Assembly: GCF_039383305.1 (NCBI RefSeq)
Contig: NZ_CP135009.1
Span: 180,001-212,000 of the forward strand
Reading direction: 5' to 3'
Source of the DNA: Candidatus Saccharimonadota bacterium
GTDB lineage: Bacteria > Pseudomonadota > Gammaproteobacteria > Enterobacterales > Enterobacteriaceae
DNA length: 32,000 nt
A program made the translations under genes and the position numbers. This document shows, piece after piece, positions 9,656 to 19,267 of the stretch. Each line of letters begins with the position of its first letter. The stretch's first letter is position 1. A model generated the notes under the pieces. The model worked only from the letters and a program-made list of their open reading frames with translations, had not been told where the DNA came from and searched no databases.

Positions 9656-10363
9656 ATGTTAGAACGTATAGTATTTTTAGATACTGAAACTACAGGAATG
9701 AATAAAACTGGGATTCTTTATCAGAATCATAAAATTATTGAAATTGGTGCAATAGAAATGATAAATAGAAAATTTACTGGAAAAAATTTACATTTTTATT
9801 TACAACCCAATCGTTTAGTAGATAACGAAGCGTATAAAATTCATGGAATTTCAAATAAATTTTTAATGAACAAACCTGTTTTTTTTGAAGTTTCTAAAAA
9901 AATTTTAAAATTTTTAAAAAATAGTATGCTTGTTGTACATAATGCAATTTTTGATATTAGTTTTCTAGATTATGAATTTAGTTGTGTTTCAACAAATATC
10001 CCTAAGATTCATACTTTTTGTAATATTTTTGATACTTTAGTTTTTTCTAGAAAATTGTTTCCTGGAAAAAAAAATACTTTAGATGCATTATGTCAAAGAT
10101 ATCAAATAAATAATAAAAATCGTTTATTACATGGTGCTTTATTAGATGCTAAATTATTAGCTCAAGTATATTTATCAATGACTAGTAAACAAGAAACTTT
10201 TTGTTTTAAAGAAAAAAAATATCTAAAAATACAAAAAAAATTGAAAGATATTTCAAACGACATATGTGTGTCTAGTATTATTTATGCTACTAAAATTGAA
10301 GAAAAAAATCATTTCAATTATTTAAAAGATATACTTAAAAATTCAAAAAAAAATTTTTGGTAA
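9656..10363 (+). CDS. dnaQ: DNA polymerase III epsilon subunit (3'-5' proofreading exonuclease)
   Basis: 235-aa ORF. ExoI is IVFLDTETTGMN...IIEIGAIE, ExoII is LVVHNAIFDISFLDYEF and ExoIII is HGALLDAKLLAQVYLSM. An AGGTGA Shine-Dalgarno lies at 9645-9650. Confidence 0.93.
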   Translation: MLERIVFLDTETTGMNKTGILYQNHKIIEIGAIEMINRKFTGKNLHFYLQPNRLVDNEAYKIHGISNKFLMNKPVFFEVSKKILKFLKNSMLVVHNAIFDISFLDYEFSCVSTNIPKIHTFCNIFDTLVFSRKLFPGKKNTLDALCQRYQINNKNRLLHGALLDAKLLAQVYLSMTSKQETFCFKEKKYLKIQKKLKDISNDICVSSIIYATKIEEKNHFNYLKDILKNSKKNFW

Positions 10364-10380
10364 AATTATTATAATTTTTC

Positions 10381-10409
10381 TTGACGAATTTATCAAATAA
10401 TTATAAAAT
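10381..10409 (+). promoter_or_regulatory. Candidate sigma70 promoter for tRNA-Asp
   Basis: TTGACG (10381-10386), a 17-nt spacer, then TAAAAT (10404-10409). This would start transcription ~10 nt upstream of the tRNA 5' end. A TATAAT at 10415-10420 is an alternative -10. Confidence 0.35.
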
Positions 10410-10425
10410 ATTTTTATAATAAATA

Positions 10426-10499
10426 GGTGCGGTAGTTCAGTTGGTTAGAATATCGGCCTGTCACGCCGGAGGTCACGGGTTCGAGTCCCGTTCGCACCG
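10426..10499 (+). tRNA. tRNA-Asp (anticodon GTC)
   Basis: GGTGCGGTAGTTCAGTTGGTTAGAATATCGGCCTGTCACGCCGGAGGTCACGGGTTCGAGTCCCGTTCGCACCG has cloverleaf regions collinear with E. coli tRNA-Asp. The discriminator G is followed by AAA, so no CCA is encoded. Confidence 0.93.
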
Positions 10500-10616
10500 A
10501 AAATTTAGTTTAAATATTTTAATTTTAAAAATATTTCTAAAATATAAAAAAAATTTATTTTTAGCAGTAATAAATTTTTTTTAAAAAAAATTATTTTAAA
10601 ATTAAGGAAATTTAAT

Positions 10617-11183
10617 ATGAAATTAGATAAAGAAAAAAAAAAAGATATTTTAATACAGAAAGAATCATTAAAAGAAAATAATTTTGATAAATTTAAAAAT
10701 TCTTTTTTAAATTCTAAAATTTTTAAAAAATTTAAAAAATATGAAAAAAAAAATATTAAAAAAAAAATTGAATATGATTCTAAATTATTAAATTTTAATC
10801 AAATTATGCAAAAAAATATTAGTAAAATTTATAGTTCTTCTTTAGAAAAAAATTTTTTAGAAATTTTTCCTATCATAGATTGTTTAGAGTCTTCTTTAAT
10901 GGCTATTAAAAATTCTGATCTAAAAGAAAAAAATTTTAAAAAAATGTTAAAAAATATATATAATAAATTTTTATTATTTTTTAAAGAATATAATATTACT
11001 GTTATTGATAAAAATAATATTCCTTTTAATCCGTTAATACATCAAGCTATGTCGTTGGATTTTTCAACTAACTATCCTGATAATTATGTAGCAAAGATTA
11101 TACAAAAAGGTTATTTATTAAACATTAAATTATTAAGACCTGCTTTAGTTTCAGTTTCACAAATGTCTTCTATAAAAAAATAA
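10617..11183 (+). CDS. grpE: Nucleotide exchange factor GrpE
   Basis: 188-aa ORF. The C-terminal FNPLIHQAMS...IIQKGYLLNIKLLRPALVSVS matches E. coli FDPNVHQAIA...[21 protein letters not shown]. An AAGGA Shine-Dalgarno lies 8 nt upstream. The N-terminal half is Lys-rich and poorly conserved. Confidence 0.85.
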   Translation: MKLDKEKKKDILIQKESLKENNFDKFKNSFLNSKIFKKFKKYEKKNIKKKIEYDSKLLNFNQIMQKNISKIYSSSLEKNFLEIFPIIDCLESSLMAIKNSDLKEKNFKKMLKNIYNKFLLFFKEYNITVIDKNNIPFNPLIHQAMSLDFSTNYPDNYVAKIIQKGYLLNIKLLRPALVSVSQMSSIKK

Positions 11184-11263
11184 TATTAAAAATTTTTGAG
11201 ATTTTTTATTATTGAAATATTATAAATTTTATGTATAAGTTTTTTATTTAAAAGAAAAATTTT

Positions 11264-11734
11264 ATGAAAAAAATAATTAATAAAAAAAAAAGTTTTTTTA
11301 ATAAAAAAGCTTCATATAATTTTTTCTTAATTAAAGAAATTATAGCCGGATTATCTTTAAAAGGATGGGAAGTTAAATCTATACGTTTGGGACGTATTAA
11401 TTTAACAGGTAGTTATATTGGTATTATTAAAAATGAAATTTATTTAATAGGTGCAAATTTTCAACCTATAAAAACTACAAATTTTTTTTCTTATCAGGAT
11501 CCATATCGAAAAAGAAAATTATTATTAAAAAGACGAGAAATAAATATTTTATCTATGCATGTTCAAAAATTGAGAAATACTATAATTCCTTTAAAATTAT
11601 TTTGGAAAAAAGAATTTTGTAAATTATTAATTAGTATTGCTCAAGGAAAAAATTTATTTGATAAAAGATTACAAAAAAAAGAACGAGTATGGAAATTAGA
11701 AAAATCTTTTTTAAAAAAACGTTTTTATAATTAA
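11264..11734 (+). CDS. smpB: SsrA-binding protein SmpB
   Basis: 156-aa ORF with NKKASYNFFLIKEIIAGLSLKGWEVKSIR, EIYLIGANFQP and RKRKLLLKRREI, the typical SmpB pattern and size. Confidence 0.9.
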   Translation: MKKIINKKKSFFNKKASYNFFLIKEIIAGLSLKGWEVKSIRLGRINLTGSYIGIIKNEIYLIGANFQPIKTTNFFSYQDPYRKRKLLLKRREINILSMHVQKLRNTIIPLKLFWKKEFCKLLISIAQGKNLFDKRLQKKERVWKLEKSFLKKRFYN

Positions 11735-11779
11735 TTAATAAAAATTTTAAATATTTATTTTTAAAAAATAAAATATATT

Positions 11780-12268
11780 ATGTTAATACAAGAAGAAAAA
11801 TGGATGCAATTTGCAATTTCTATGGCAAAAATAGGAGAAAAAAAAGGCGAAGTTCCTATTGGGGCTATTTTAGTCTATAAAAATAAAATTATTAGTCAAA
11901 GTTGGAATTCATGTATTAGTAATAATGATGCTAGCGCTCATGCTGAAATTTTAGTAATAAAAAACGGAGGAAAATTTTTAAAAAATTATAGATTATTAAA
12001 TACTTCTTTGTATGTAACACATGAACCTTGTTTAATGTGTTCTTCAGCTATATTTCATGCTAGAATTAAAAAAATTGTATATGGATCATATAGTTTTAAT
12101 AAAGAATCTTTAACAAATTTTTTATTTTTTTTTAAAAAAAAAATTAAGCATCATATAAAGGAAATTATTTCCGGAGTTTTATTATATGAATGCTCAATGT
12201 TATTAAAAAATTTTTTTAAAAATATAAGAAAAAATAAAAAACATTTTAAGCTTCTAAAATTACAATAG
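11780..12268 (+). CDS. tadA: tRNA-specific adenosine deaminase
   Basis: 162-aa ORF. It has EVPIGAILV, the HAE zinc/catalytic motif (SAHAEILVI) and the PCLMC motif (HEPCLMCSSAI), collinear with E. coli TadA. Confidence 0.88.
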   Translation: MLIQEEKWMQFAISMAKIGEKKGEVPIGAILVYKNKIISQSWNSCISNNDASAHAEILVIKNGGKFLKNYRLLNTSLYVTHEPCLMCSSAIFHARIKKIVYGSYSFNKESLTNFLFFFKKKIKHHIKEIISGVLLYECSMLLKNFFKNIRKNKKHFKLLKLQ

Positions 12269-12614
12269 ATTGAGCATATTTTTGAGTATCTGTAATACTT
12301 AAATGTATTTTATATTTTTTTGAAAAAAAATTTTTATTTAATATTTTTATTGTTGGTTTTCCATATGATGTATGAGAAATTTCTAAATTTTTTAAACTTT
12401 TAATATTTTTTATTCCAATTCCTAATGCTTTTAAAAAAGCTTCTTTTGCAGTAAATATTTTAGCTAAAAAATATGAATTTTTTTTATTTTTTAAAAAATT
12501 TTGAAGTTCTTTTTGAGATAAAATTTTTAAAGGAATTTTCATATCATATTTTTGAATTAATATTTGTATTCTATAAATTTCTATACTATCGATTCCTATG
12601 CCTATAATTTTCAT
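12246..12614 (-). CDS. acpS: Holo-[acyl-carrier-protein] synthase
   Basis: 122-aa ORF with IIGIGIDSIEIYRI, FTAKEAFLKALGIGI, GKP and HLSITD....A.S.VILE, the AcpS pattern and size. Its 3' end overlaps the tadA 3' end by 23 nt. Confidence 0.88.
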   Translation of the reverse strand: MKIIGIGIDSIEIYRIQILIQKYDMKIPLKILSQKELQNFLKNKKNSYFLAKIFTAKEAFLKALGIGIKNIKSLKNLEISHTSYGKPTIKILNKNFFSKKYKIHLSITDTQKYAQSIVILEA

Positions 12615-12631
12615 ATTTTAATTTCAATGTT

Positions 12632-13483
12632 TTAAAATGTTGATTTTTCTAAAATAATTATGATTATTAAATAAATTTTTTTTTTAAACATTTTTTCTAA
12701 AATGTATTTTGTAGATTTACGATAAAATTTTATTTTTTTTCCGTTTTTTCCTATTAAAATTTTTTTATAACGTAAATTTTTTACTTTAATAAAAATTTTA
12801 ATAAAATATGCTTTATCTTTATATTTACGAATGAGTGGCGGTAATATTTTTATATTATATGGAATCTCTTGATGTAAACATTTTAGTAAAGATTTTCTTA
12901 GGATTTCTTTAATTAAAAACTTTTTAGTACATGTAGTTTTTTTTTTTAATAAATATATATGTTTTTTTTTAGGTATTTTTTTTTTTATTTCAGATATTAA
13001 TTTTTTTAAAAAAAAATCTTTTTTAGCTGATAAAAGAAAAATTTTGTTGAATATATTTTTTTGAGAAATTTTTTTAATAAATGGTAATAATAATTTTTTA
13101 TTTTTTATTAAATCAATTTTATTAATAATAATAAAATATTGGACATTTTTTTTTATAATCCATTCTAATATTTTTTGATCTGTTAATGTCCATTTTAATG
13201 CTTGAATTACAAATAAAATTAAACAAGATTTATTTGTAATATCATCTTTTAATATTTTTTTTTTAAAAAAAATTTTTTTTTGAGTATCAAATCCTGGGGA
13301 ATCGATAAAAATGTATTGATATATTTTTTTTGTTAAAATTCCTACAATATTTTTTTGTGTTGTATTAATTTTATGTGATGTAATAGAAATTTTTTGGTTG
13401 ATTAATTTATTAAATAATGTAGATTTTCCTACGTTTGTTCGACCAATTATTGTAATGATTCCGCAATACTGATTCTCTATCAT
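12632..13483 (-). CDS. era: GTPase Era
   Basis: 283-aa ORF. G1 is GRTNVGKSTLFNKL, G2 is TT, G3 is DSPG and G4 is NKID, with a C-terminal KH-like region. It lies immediately downstream of rnc, as in the E. coli rnc-era operon. Confidence 0.92.
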   Translation of the reverse strand: MIENQYCGIITIIGRTNVGKSTLFNKLINQKISITSHKINTTQKNIVGILTKKIYQYIFIDSPGFDTQKKIFFKKKILKDDITNKSCLILFVIQALKWTLTDQKILEWIIKKNVQYFIIINKIDLIKNKKLLLPFIKKISQKNIFNKIFLLSAKKDFFLKKLISEIKKKIPKKKHIYLLKKKTTCTKKFLIKEILRKSLLKCLHQEIPYNIKILPPLIRKYKDKAYFIKIFIKVKNLRYKKILIGKNGKKIKFYRKSTKYILEKMFKKKIYLIIIIILEKSTF

Positions 13484-13485
13484 AT

Positions 13486-14166
13486 TTATTCTATCTCTAA
13501 TTTGTTTAATGCATGTTGTGCTGCATCTTGTTCGGCTTTTCTGCGGCTTACGCCTATTCCAATTAAAGGATTTTTTAATCCTTTAATTTCACAGGAAATT
13601 GTAAAAATTTGATTATGAGCTTCTCCATATACATGACTAATATAATATAATGGTAATGGTAAATGTTTAGATTGTAAATATTCTTGTAATTTTGTTTTTG
13701 GATCTTTTTGAATACTATATAAACTAATTTTTTTGAATCGTTTATGATACCATTTTAAAACAATTTTTTCTGTAATATTTATATTACTATCTAAAAAAAT
13801 ACTAGCAATAATAGCTTCCATAGTATTAGCTAGAATTGATTCTCTTTTAAATCCTCCACTTTTTTTTTCGCCTTGTCCTAATTGCAAGAAACCTCCTAAA
13901 GAAAATTCACTAGCAATTTCTGCTAAAGTATTTCCTTTAACTAATGTAGCTCGTATTCTGCTCATTCCACCTTCATTAATATTAGGAAAATAATGATATA
14001 AAGCTTTTGCTATGATAAAACTTAAAATGGAATCCCCTAAAAATTCTAATCTTTCATTATGCTGGATACTTGCGCTTCTATGAGTTAAAGCATGAAAAAG
14101 TAAATTTTTGTTTATAAAATGATAACCTAAAAATTTTTGTAATGTATCAAGCATAATAGTGTTCAT
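13486..14166 (-). CDS. rnc: Ribonuclease III
   Basis: The RNase III signature HRSA...[17 protein letters not shown] is present, with a C-terminal dsRBD ([12 protein letters not shown]...[18 protein letters not shown]). I prefer the ATG at 14166 ([17 protein letters not shown]...), which gives 226 aa and is collinear with E. coli Rnc. The ORF track's upstream ATG at 14202 adds 12 non-homologous residues. Confidence 0.9.
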   Translation of the reverse strand: MNTIMLDTLQKFLGYHFINKNLLFHALTHRSASIQHNERLEFLGDSILSFIIAKALYHYFPNINEGGMSRIRATLVKGNTLAEIASEFSLGGFLQLGQGEKKSGGFKRESILANTMEAIIASIFLDSNINITEKIVLKWYHKRFKKISLYSIQKDPKTKLQEYLQSKHLPLPLYYISHVYGEAHNQIFTISCEIKGLKNPLIGIGVSRRKAEQDAAQHALNKLEIE

Positions 14167-14260
14167 AAAGCACCAATATAAAAAATGAAAATAATTATAC
14201 ATCTATTAATGATGTTGTTTTAATTTTTTTGGTAATTTGGTTAATTTTTATATATATTTT

Positions 14261-15148
14261 TTATTTTATAGTTTTTAAAATTCTAATTTGATTTAATTTA
14301 TTAATTTTTAAATATTTTTTAAAATTAAAGTTAAAAAATATTTTTTTTACACGACCCAAAATATCTTTTTTAGATACTAACCCCCAAATTCGACTATCAT
14401 TACTATTATCTCTATTGTCTCCCATTACAAAATATTTATTTTTTGGTATAGTCCAAGTCCATTGTTTATTTTTTATATATTTTTTAAGAATTTTTAAAGG
14501 CACTTTAATTCCAGATGTAATTGTAATAATTTTTTCTGTATTATCAATTTTTTCATTAATATATTGTTTAAAGAATGTATGATAATTTTTTTTTTTCATT
14601 ATTTTTAAATTTTTTTTTTTTGTATATTTAATTTCATGTTTAATATTTTTATTAAAATTATTTTTTTTAGTATGTGAAATAATTTTTATTTTTTTTGTAT
14701 AAGGATTATATTGAATGATATCATTAGGTATTCCTATAATACGTTTCGTATATAAAATTTTTTTATTTTGAGGATATTTAAAGACTATTACATCATTTCT
14801 TTGAGGTTCATAAAAATTTATTAAAATGTTTTCTGTAATTGGATTTTTAAAATTATATTTAAATTTTTCTACATATACTAAATCTCCAGGAATCATAATT
14901 GGACTCATAGAATTAGAAGGTATTAAAAAAAATTCATAGAAAAAAATTCTAATAATAAAAAAAAACATTACAAATGGACTAATTGTACTAATTTTTTGTA
15001 AATTTTTAAAATAATAAAAAAATTTATTATTTTTATTATATATATAATTATTTTTTTTTAAAAAAGGTAAAATTAAATATTGTATAAACCAAAAGAAAAA
15101 TGTATTTATAATATAAAAATTCATAATAATAATTAAAAATTTACGCAT
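14261..15148 (-). CDS. lepB: Signal peptidase I
   Basis: 295-aa ORF. It has the catalytic Ser box IPSNSMSPIMIPGD, the Lys box YTKRIIGIPNDII, and YFVMGDNRDNSNDSRIWGLV. An AGGA Shine-Dalgarno overlaps the lepA stop codon. Confidence 0.92.
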   Translation of the reverse strand: MRKFLIIIMNFYIINTFFFWFIQYLILPFLKKNNYIYNKNNKFFYYFKNLQKISTISPFVMFFFIIRIFFYEFFLIPSNSMSPIMIPGDLVYVEKFKYNFKNPITENILINFYEPQRNDVIVFKYPQNKKILYTKRIIGIPNDIIQYNPYTKKIKIISHTKKNNFNKNIKHEIKYTKKKNLKIMKKKNYHTFFKQYINEKIDNTEKIITITSGIKVPLKILKKYIKNKQWTWTIPKNKYFVMGDNRDNSNDSRIWGLVSKKDILGRVKKIFFNFNFKKYLKINKLNQIRILKTIK

Positions 15149-15158
15149 ATTTTATATC

Positions 15159-16955
15159 CTATTTATTTTTATGCATTTGTAAAGTAGAAAAAAATACTTC
15201 TTGAGGAATATTAACATTTCCAATTTTTTTCATTCTATTTTTTCCTTTTTTTTGTTGTTGTAATAATTTTTTTTTTCGACTAATATCACCTCCATAACAT
15301 TTTGATAATACATTTTTTCTTAATTGTTGAACAGTAGCACGCGCAATAATATGATTTTCAATAGATGCTTGAATTGGAATGTTAAATTGTTGTCGTGGCA
15401 TTAATCTTTTTATATTTTCAATAATTTTTTTTGAATTTTGTATTGCATTTTTTTTGTGTTGTATGGTAGTTAAAGCATCAATTTTAAGATTATTAATTAA
15501 AATATCTATTTTTACTAAATTACTTTTTTGAAATTTTTCAAATTTATATTCTAAAGAAGCATAACCACTAGAAACAATTTTTAATTGATCAAAAAAATTT
15601 AAAATAATTTCCGCTAATGGTATTATATATGATATAGACACTTGTGTATCATGATAAAAAATTTTTTTTTGTATTCCTCTTTTTTGAATACAAATTTTAA
15701 TAATTTTTCCTACATATTTAATAGGAGTTAAGATATCACATAACGCTATAGGTTCTCGAATTTCTTTAATTGTATTAAAAGGTGGAAATTTAGAAGGATT
15801 ATCTAATAAAATAATTTTTTTGTTCTTAAGCATGATTTCATATATTACAGTAGGCGCAGTTGAAATTATTTTAATATTATATTCACGTTCTAAACGTGAT
15901 TGTATAATTTCTAAATGTAGTAATCCTAAAAAACCACAACGAAAACCAAATCCTAAAATTTCAGAATTTTCAGGTTCTGTAAATAAAGACATATCATTTA
16001 ATTTTAGTTTGTTTAAAGCGTCACGAAATAAAATGTATTTTTTAGGATTTAAAGGGAATAATCCTGCATAAATTTTTGGAGTAATTTTTTTAAATTTAGG
16101 TAATAAGGATTTTGCAGGATTTTTATAAGATGTAATAGTTTCACCTACTAAACTAGTATCTATTTTTTTACTTCCAAAAATTATCCAACCTACTTCTCCA
16201 TTATGTAAACATTTTTTATAAATACGTTTAGGTGTAAATATTCCTAAATTTTCTATTGTATAAATTTTTTTAGTTCTTAAAATAATTATTTTTTCTTTTT
16301 TTGTAAGATTCCCATTTTTAATTCTAATAATAGATACAATACCAAAATATTTATCAAACCAAGAATCTATAATTAAAGCTTGTAATGGAGCATTATTTTG
16401 TCCTAATGGTTTAGGGATAAATTTAATAATTTTTTCTAATAATGTAGTTATTCCTTTTCCTGTTTTTGCTGAACATAAAACAAAATTATTAATTGGTATT
16501 TTAATAATGTTTTTGATATCTTGTAAAATTTTTTGAGGATTTGAATTAGGTAAATCAATTTTATTTAATACAGGTAAAATTTTTAATTTTAACTTTTGTG
16601 CTTGATAACAATGTGCTATTGTCTGAGCTTCTATACCTTGTGTAGCATCAATTACTAAAATTACTCCTTCACAAGCTGATAAAGAGCGAGAAACTTCATG
16701 TGAAAAGTTAACATGTCCAGGTGTATCTATAAAATTTAAAAAAAAAACTTCATTTTTTTTATTTATATATTTTAAAGTAACAGTTTGCGCTTTTATTGTG
16801 ATTCCTCGTTCTCGTTCTAAATCCATAGAATCTAATACTTGATTAAACATTTCTCTTGGTGTTAATCCTTTACATTTTTGTATTAAACGATCAGATAAAG
16901 TTGTTTTTCCATGATCTATATGAGCAATAATAGAAAAATTTCGTATATTTTTCAT
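15159..16955 (-). CDS. lepA: Elongation factor 4 (LepA)
   Basis: 598-aa [36 protein letters not shown] and NKIDLP are present, along with the LepA-specific C-terminal domain. It forms the lepA-lepB operon arrangement. Confidence 0.96.
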   Translation of the reverse strand: MKNIRNFSIIAHIDHGKTTLSDRLIQKCKGLTPREMFNQVLDSMDLERERGITIKAQTVTLKYINKKNEVFFLNFIDTPGHVNFSHEVSRSLSACEGVILVIDATQGIEAQTIAHCYQAQKLKLKILPVLNKIDLPNSNPQKILQDIKNIIKIPINNFVLCSAKTGKGITTLLEKIIKFIPKPLGQNNAPLQALIIDSWFDKYFGIVSIIRIKNGNLTKKEKIIILRTKKIYTIENLGIFTPKRIYKKCLHNGEVGWIIFGSKKIDTSLVGETITSYKNPAKSLLPKFKKITPKIYAGLFPLNPKKYILFRDALNKLKLNDMSLFTEPENSEILGFGFRCGFLGLLHLEIIQSRLEREYNIKIISTAPTVIYEIMLKNKKIILLDNPSKFPPFNTIKEIREPIALCDILTPIKYVGKIIKICIQKRGIQKKIFYHDTQVSISYIIPLAEIILNFFDQLKIVSSGYASLEYKFEKFQKSNLVKIDILINNLKIDALTTIQHKKNAIQNSKKIIENIKRLMPRQQFNIPIQASIENHIIARATVQQLRKNVLSKCYGGDISRKKKLLQQQKKGKNRMKKIGNVNIPQEVFFSTLQMHKNK

Positions 16956-17162
16956 GTTATATTTTTTTCCATTATGATAAAATAATAATTATAAATATAT
17001 CGTATTTTTAAAAAATTTTATATTTAATTTTTTTATAAAAAATATTTTTTCTATTTTTAAATTTTTTTTAAAATATAAAATTTTTTATAAATAGTATGAA
17101 ATTTTTTATTTTTCAAAATTTTATATGTTTAAATAATAAAAATTCTAGAGAAATCTTTTAAT

Positions 17163-18272
17163 ATGACAAAAAAAGTTATTGTAGCAATGTCTGGAGGCGT
17201 AGATTCTTCAGTATCTGCATGGTTATTACTTCAAAAAGGATATCATGTAGAAGGTTTATTTATGAAAAATTGGGAAGAAGATGATAAACATGGTTATTGT
17301 TCTTCTGCAAAAGATTTAAAAGATGCTCAAAACGTATGTAAAAAATTAGGAATTTTTTTGCATATAATAAATTTTTCATATGAATATTGGAAATATGTTT
17401 TTTTAAAATTCTTAAAATTTTATCAAGAAGGAAAAACACCTAATCCTGATATTTTATGTAATCAAATAATAAAATTTAAATATTTTTATAATTTTTCTTT
17501 TGAAATGTTATCTGCAGATTATATTGCTACAGGACATTATGCTCGATGTATTAAAAAAAATGATCAATATTATTTATATCGAGCTAAAGATTTAAAAAAA
17601 GATCAAAGTTATTTTTTGTATACTTTAAATTCTAAAAAACTTTCTAAAATTTTGTTTCCAGTAGGTAATTTTAAAAAATCTTTTATACGAAAAATTGCAT
17701 TTAATATTTCATTAAAAGTTTTTAATAAAAAAGATTCTATGGGTATTTGTTTTATTTCTCCAAAAAAATTCTCTTTATTCTTAAAAAAATATTTGTTTGA
17801 AAAATCCGGTAAAATTCAAACAATGTCTAAACAAAATATTGGAATACATAAAGGTTTATTTTATTATACGTTAGGTCAAAGAAAAGGATTAAAAATTGGA
17901 GGTTTAAAAAATAATTTAGGATTTCCTTGGTATGTAGTTCAAAAAGATATTGTAAATAATGTTTTAACTGTAGTACAAGGATCAGGTAATCCTTATTTAT
18001 TATCTGTAGGATGTTTTATTAAAAAAATATTTTGGATTAATATTTTTAAAAAAAAAAAAAATTTTTTTTGTACTGTAAAAATTAGATCACAGCAATCTCC
18101 AGTATTATGTCGAGTTTTTATATTAAAAAAAAAAAAAATAAAAATTTTTTTTAATTCACCTTTATTAGCTGTAGTTCCTGGTCAATCATCAGTTTTATAT
18201 CATGTAAATTGTTGTTTAGGAGGCGGAATCATAGATACTTGTATTCCTTATATACATAAAAAAAAATTTTAA
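17163..18272 (+). CDS. mnmA: tRNA-specific 2-thiouridylase
   Basis: 369-aa ORF. The PP-loop [15 protein letters not shown] is present. Both catalytic cysteines are retained ([12 protein letters not shown] and [10 protein letters not shown]). ATGHYAR is also conserved. Confidence 0.93.
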   Translation: MTKKVIVAMSGGVDSSVSAWLLLQKGYHVEGLFMKNWEEDDKHGYCSSAKDLKDAQNVCKKLGIFLHIINFSYEYWKYVFLKFLKFYQEGKTPNPDILCNQIIKFKYFYNFSFEMLSADYIATGHYARCIKKNDQYYLYRAKDLKKDQSYFLYTLNSKKLSKILFPVGNFKKSFIRKIAFNISLKVFNKKDSMGICFISPKKFSLFLKKYLFEKSGKIQTMSKQNIGIHKGLFYYTLGQRKGLKIGGLKNNLGFPWYVVQKDIVNNVLTVVQGSGNPYLLSVGCFIKKIFWINIFKKKKNFFCTVKIRSQQSPVLCRVFILKKKKIKIFFNSPLLAVVPGQSSVLYHVNCCLGGGIIDTCIPYIHKKKF

Positions 18273-18318
18273 AATTTTTTATTTTAATTTTTAGCAGATA
18301 TTTTAGGATTTTTAAAAT

Positions 18319-19095
18319 ATGGGATTTTTAATAGGAAAAAAAATTTTAATTGTAGGAATTTCAAATAAATTTTCATTATCTTGGGGTATTGCAAAACAAA
18401 TGCACAAATATGGAGCTGAATTAGCATTTACATATTCTAAAAAAAAAAAAAAAACAAAAATTAAAAATTTGGTAAAAGAAGTAAATTCAAATAAAATATT
18501 TTTTTGTGATATTCGAATAAAAAATAGTATAAAAAATTTATTTAAAAATTTATATTTTTTTTGGAAAAAATTTGATGGAATAGTACATTCCATTGCTTTT
18601 TCGCCTCTTATTTCAAATATTCAAAAAAAAAATATAGAAAATATTACATGTAATGATTTTTTATCTACACATGAAATTTGTTCATTCAGTTTATTAGCTT
18701 TAATTAAAGAATCAAAAAATTTTTTAAATTTTAATTCATCTATTTTAACTCTATCTTATATTGGGTCTTCACGTTATATATCAGGATATATGTTATTAAA
18801 TTCAGCAAAAGCTTCATTAGAATCTAATATTAAATATTTAGCATATTCATTAGGTAAAAATAATATTAGAGTGAATGTTATTTCTTCTGGTCCGATTATG
18901 ACAGTTTCTTCTAGAAAAATATATAATTTTTCTAAAATTTTAAAAATTTCAAAAAAATTTTCTCCTTTAAAAAGAAATGTTACATTAAAAGAAATTGGAA
19001 ATACTGCTTCTTTTTTATGTTCAAATTTATCTTCAGGTATTACTGGTCAAATTATTTATGTAGACGCAGGATTTAATATTTCAGGTATTATTTAA
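18319..19095 (+). CDS. fabI: Enoyl-[acyl-carrier-protein] reductase (NADH)
   Basis: 258-aa ORF with GKKILIVGISNKFSLSWGIAKQMHKYGAELAFTY and FDGIVHSIAF. The Tyr/Tyr/Lys triad context (LSYIGS...GYMLLNSAKASLE) is retained, as is YVDAGFNI. It is collinear with E. coli FabI. Confidence 0.93.
   Translation: MGFLIGKKILIVGISNKFSLSWGIAKQMHKYGAELAFTYSKKKKKTKIKNLVKEVNSNKIFFCDIRIKNSIKNLFKNLYFFWKKFDGIVHSIAFSPLISNIQKKNIENITCNDFLSTHEICSFSLLALIKESKNFLNFNSSILTLSYIGSSRYISGYMLLNSAKASLESNIKYLAYSLGKNNIRVNVISSGPIMTVSSRKIYNFSKILKISKKFSPLKRNVTLKEIGNTASFLCSNLSSGITGQIIYVDAGFNISGII
18439..18454 (+). repeat. A16 homopolymer, in frame inside fabI (encodes KKKKK)
   Basis: Counted directly: an uninterrupted A run at 18439-18454. 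Confidence 0.9.
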
Positions 19096-19267
19096 AATTT
19101 AAAATAAAAATTTTTTTTTAATAATTTTAATTTTTAAATAAATATTTTTTAGAAAATAAAAAGTTTTTAATATTTTTAATTATTATTATTATTTTAAAAA
19201 TATTATTTTAAAATATTTAAAATCATATTATAAAATTTTTTTATTATAAATAGGATTTTGTTATATT

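Noticed and set aside
10500-10616. Looked for a sigma32 heat-shock promoter (CTTGAAA-N13-14-CCCCATNT) upstream of grpE
   Set aside because: No TTGAAA or CCCAT-like element occurs in the 117-bp spacer, which is A/T only apart from a few bases. No supportable call can be made.
11735-11779. Expected ssrA (tmRNA) downstream of smpB, as in E. coli
   Set aside because: Only 45 bp of AT-rich sequence separates smpB from tadA. There is no GC-rich tRNA-like domain here or anywhere else in the window, so ssrA must lie elsewhere.
14167-14202. 12-codon N-terminal extension of rnc ([12 protein letters not shown]) from the upstream ATG in the ORF track
   Set aside because: The internal ATG at 14166 gives a 226-aa protein that aligns from residue 1 with E. 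coli RNase III. The extension has no homologous counterpart. It remains an alternative start.
15820-16071. 83-aa ORF on the + strand inside lepA
   Set aside because: It is antisense to the conserved lepA domain and is a shadow ORF.
18312-18593. 93-aa ORF on the - strand overlapping the fabI 5' end
   Set aside because: It is antisense to the conserved NADH-binding N-terminus of FabI and is a shadow ORF.
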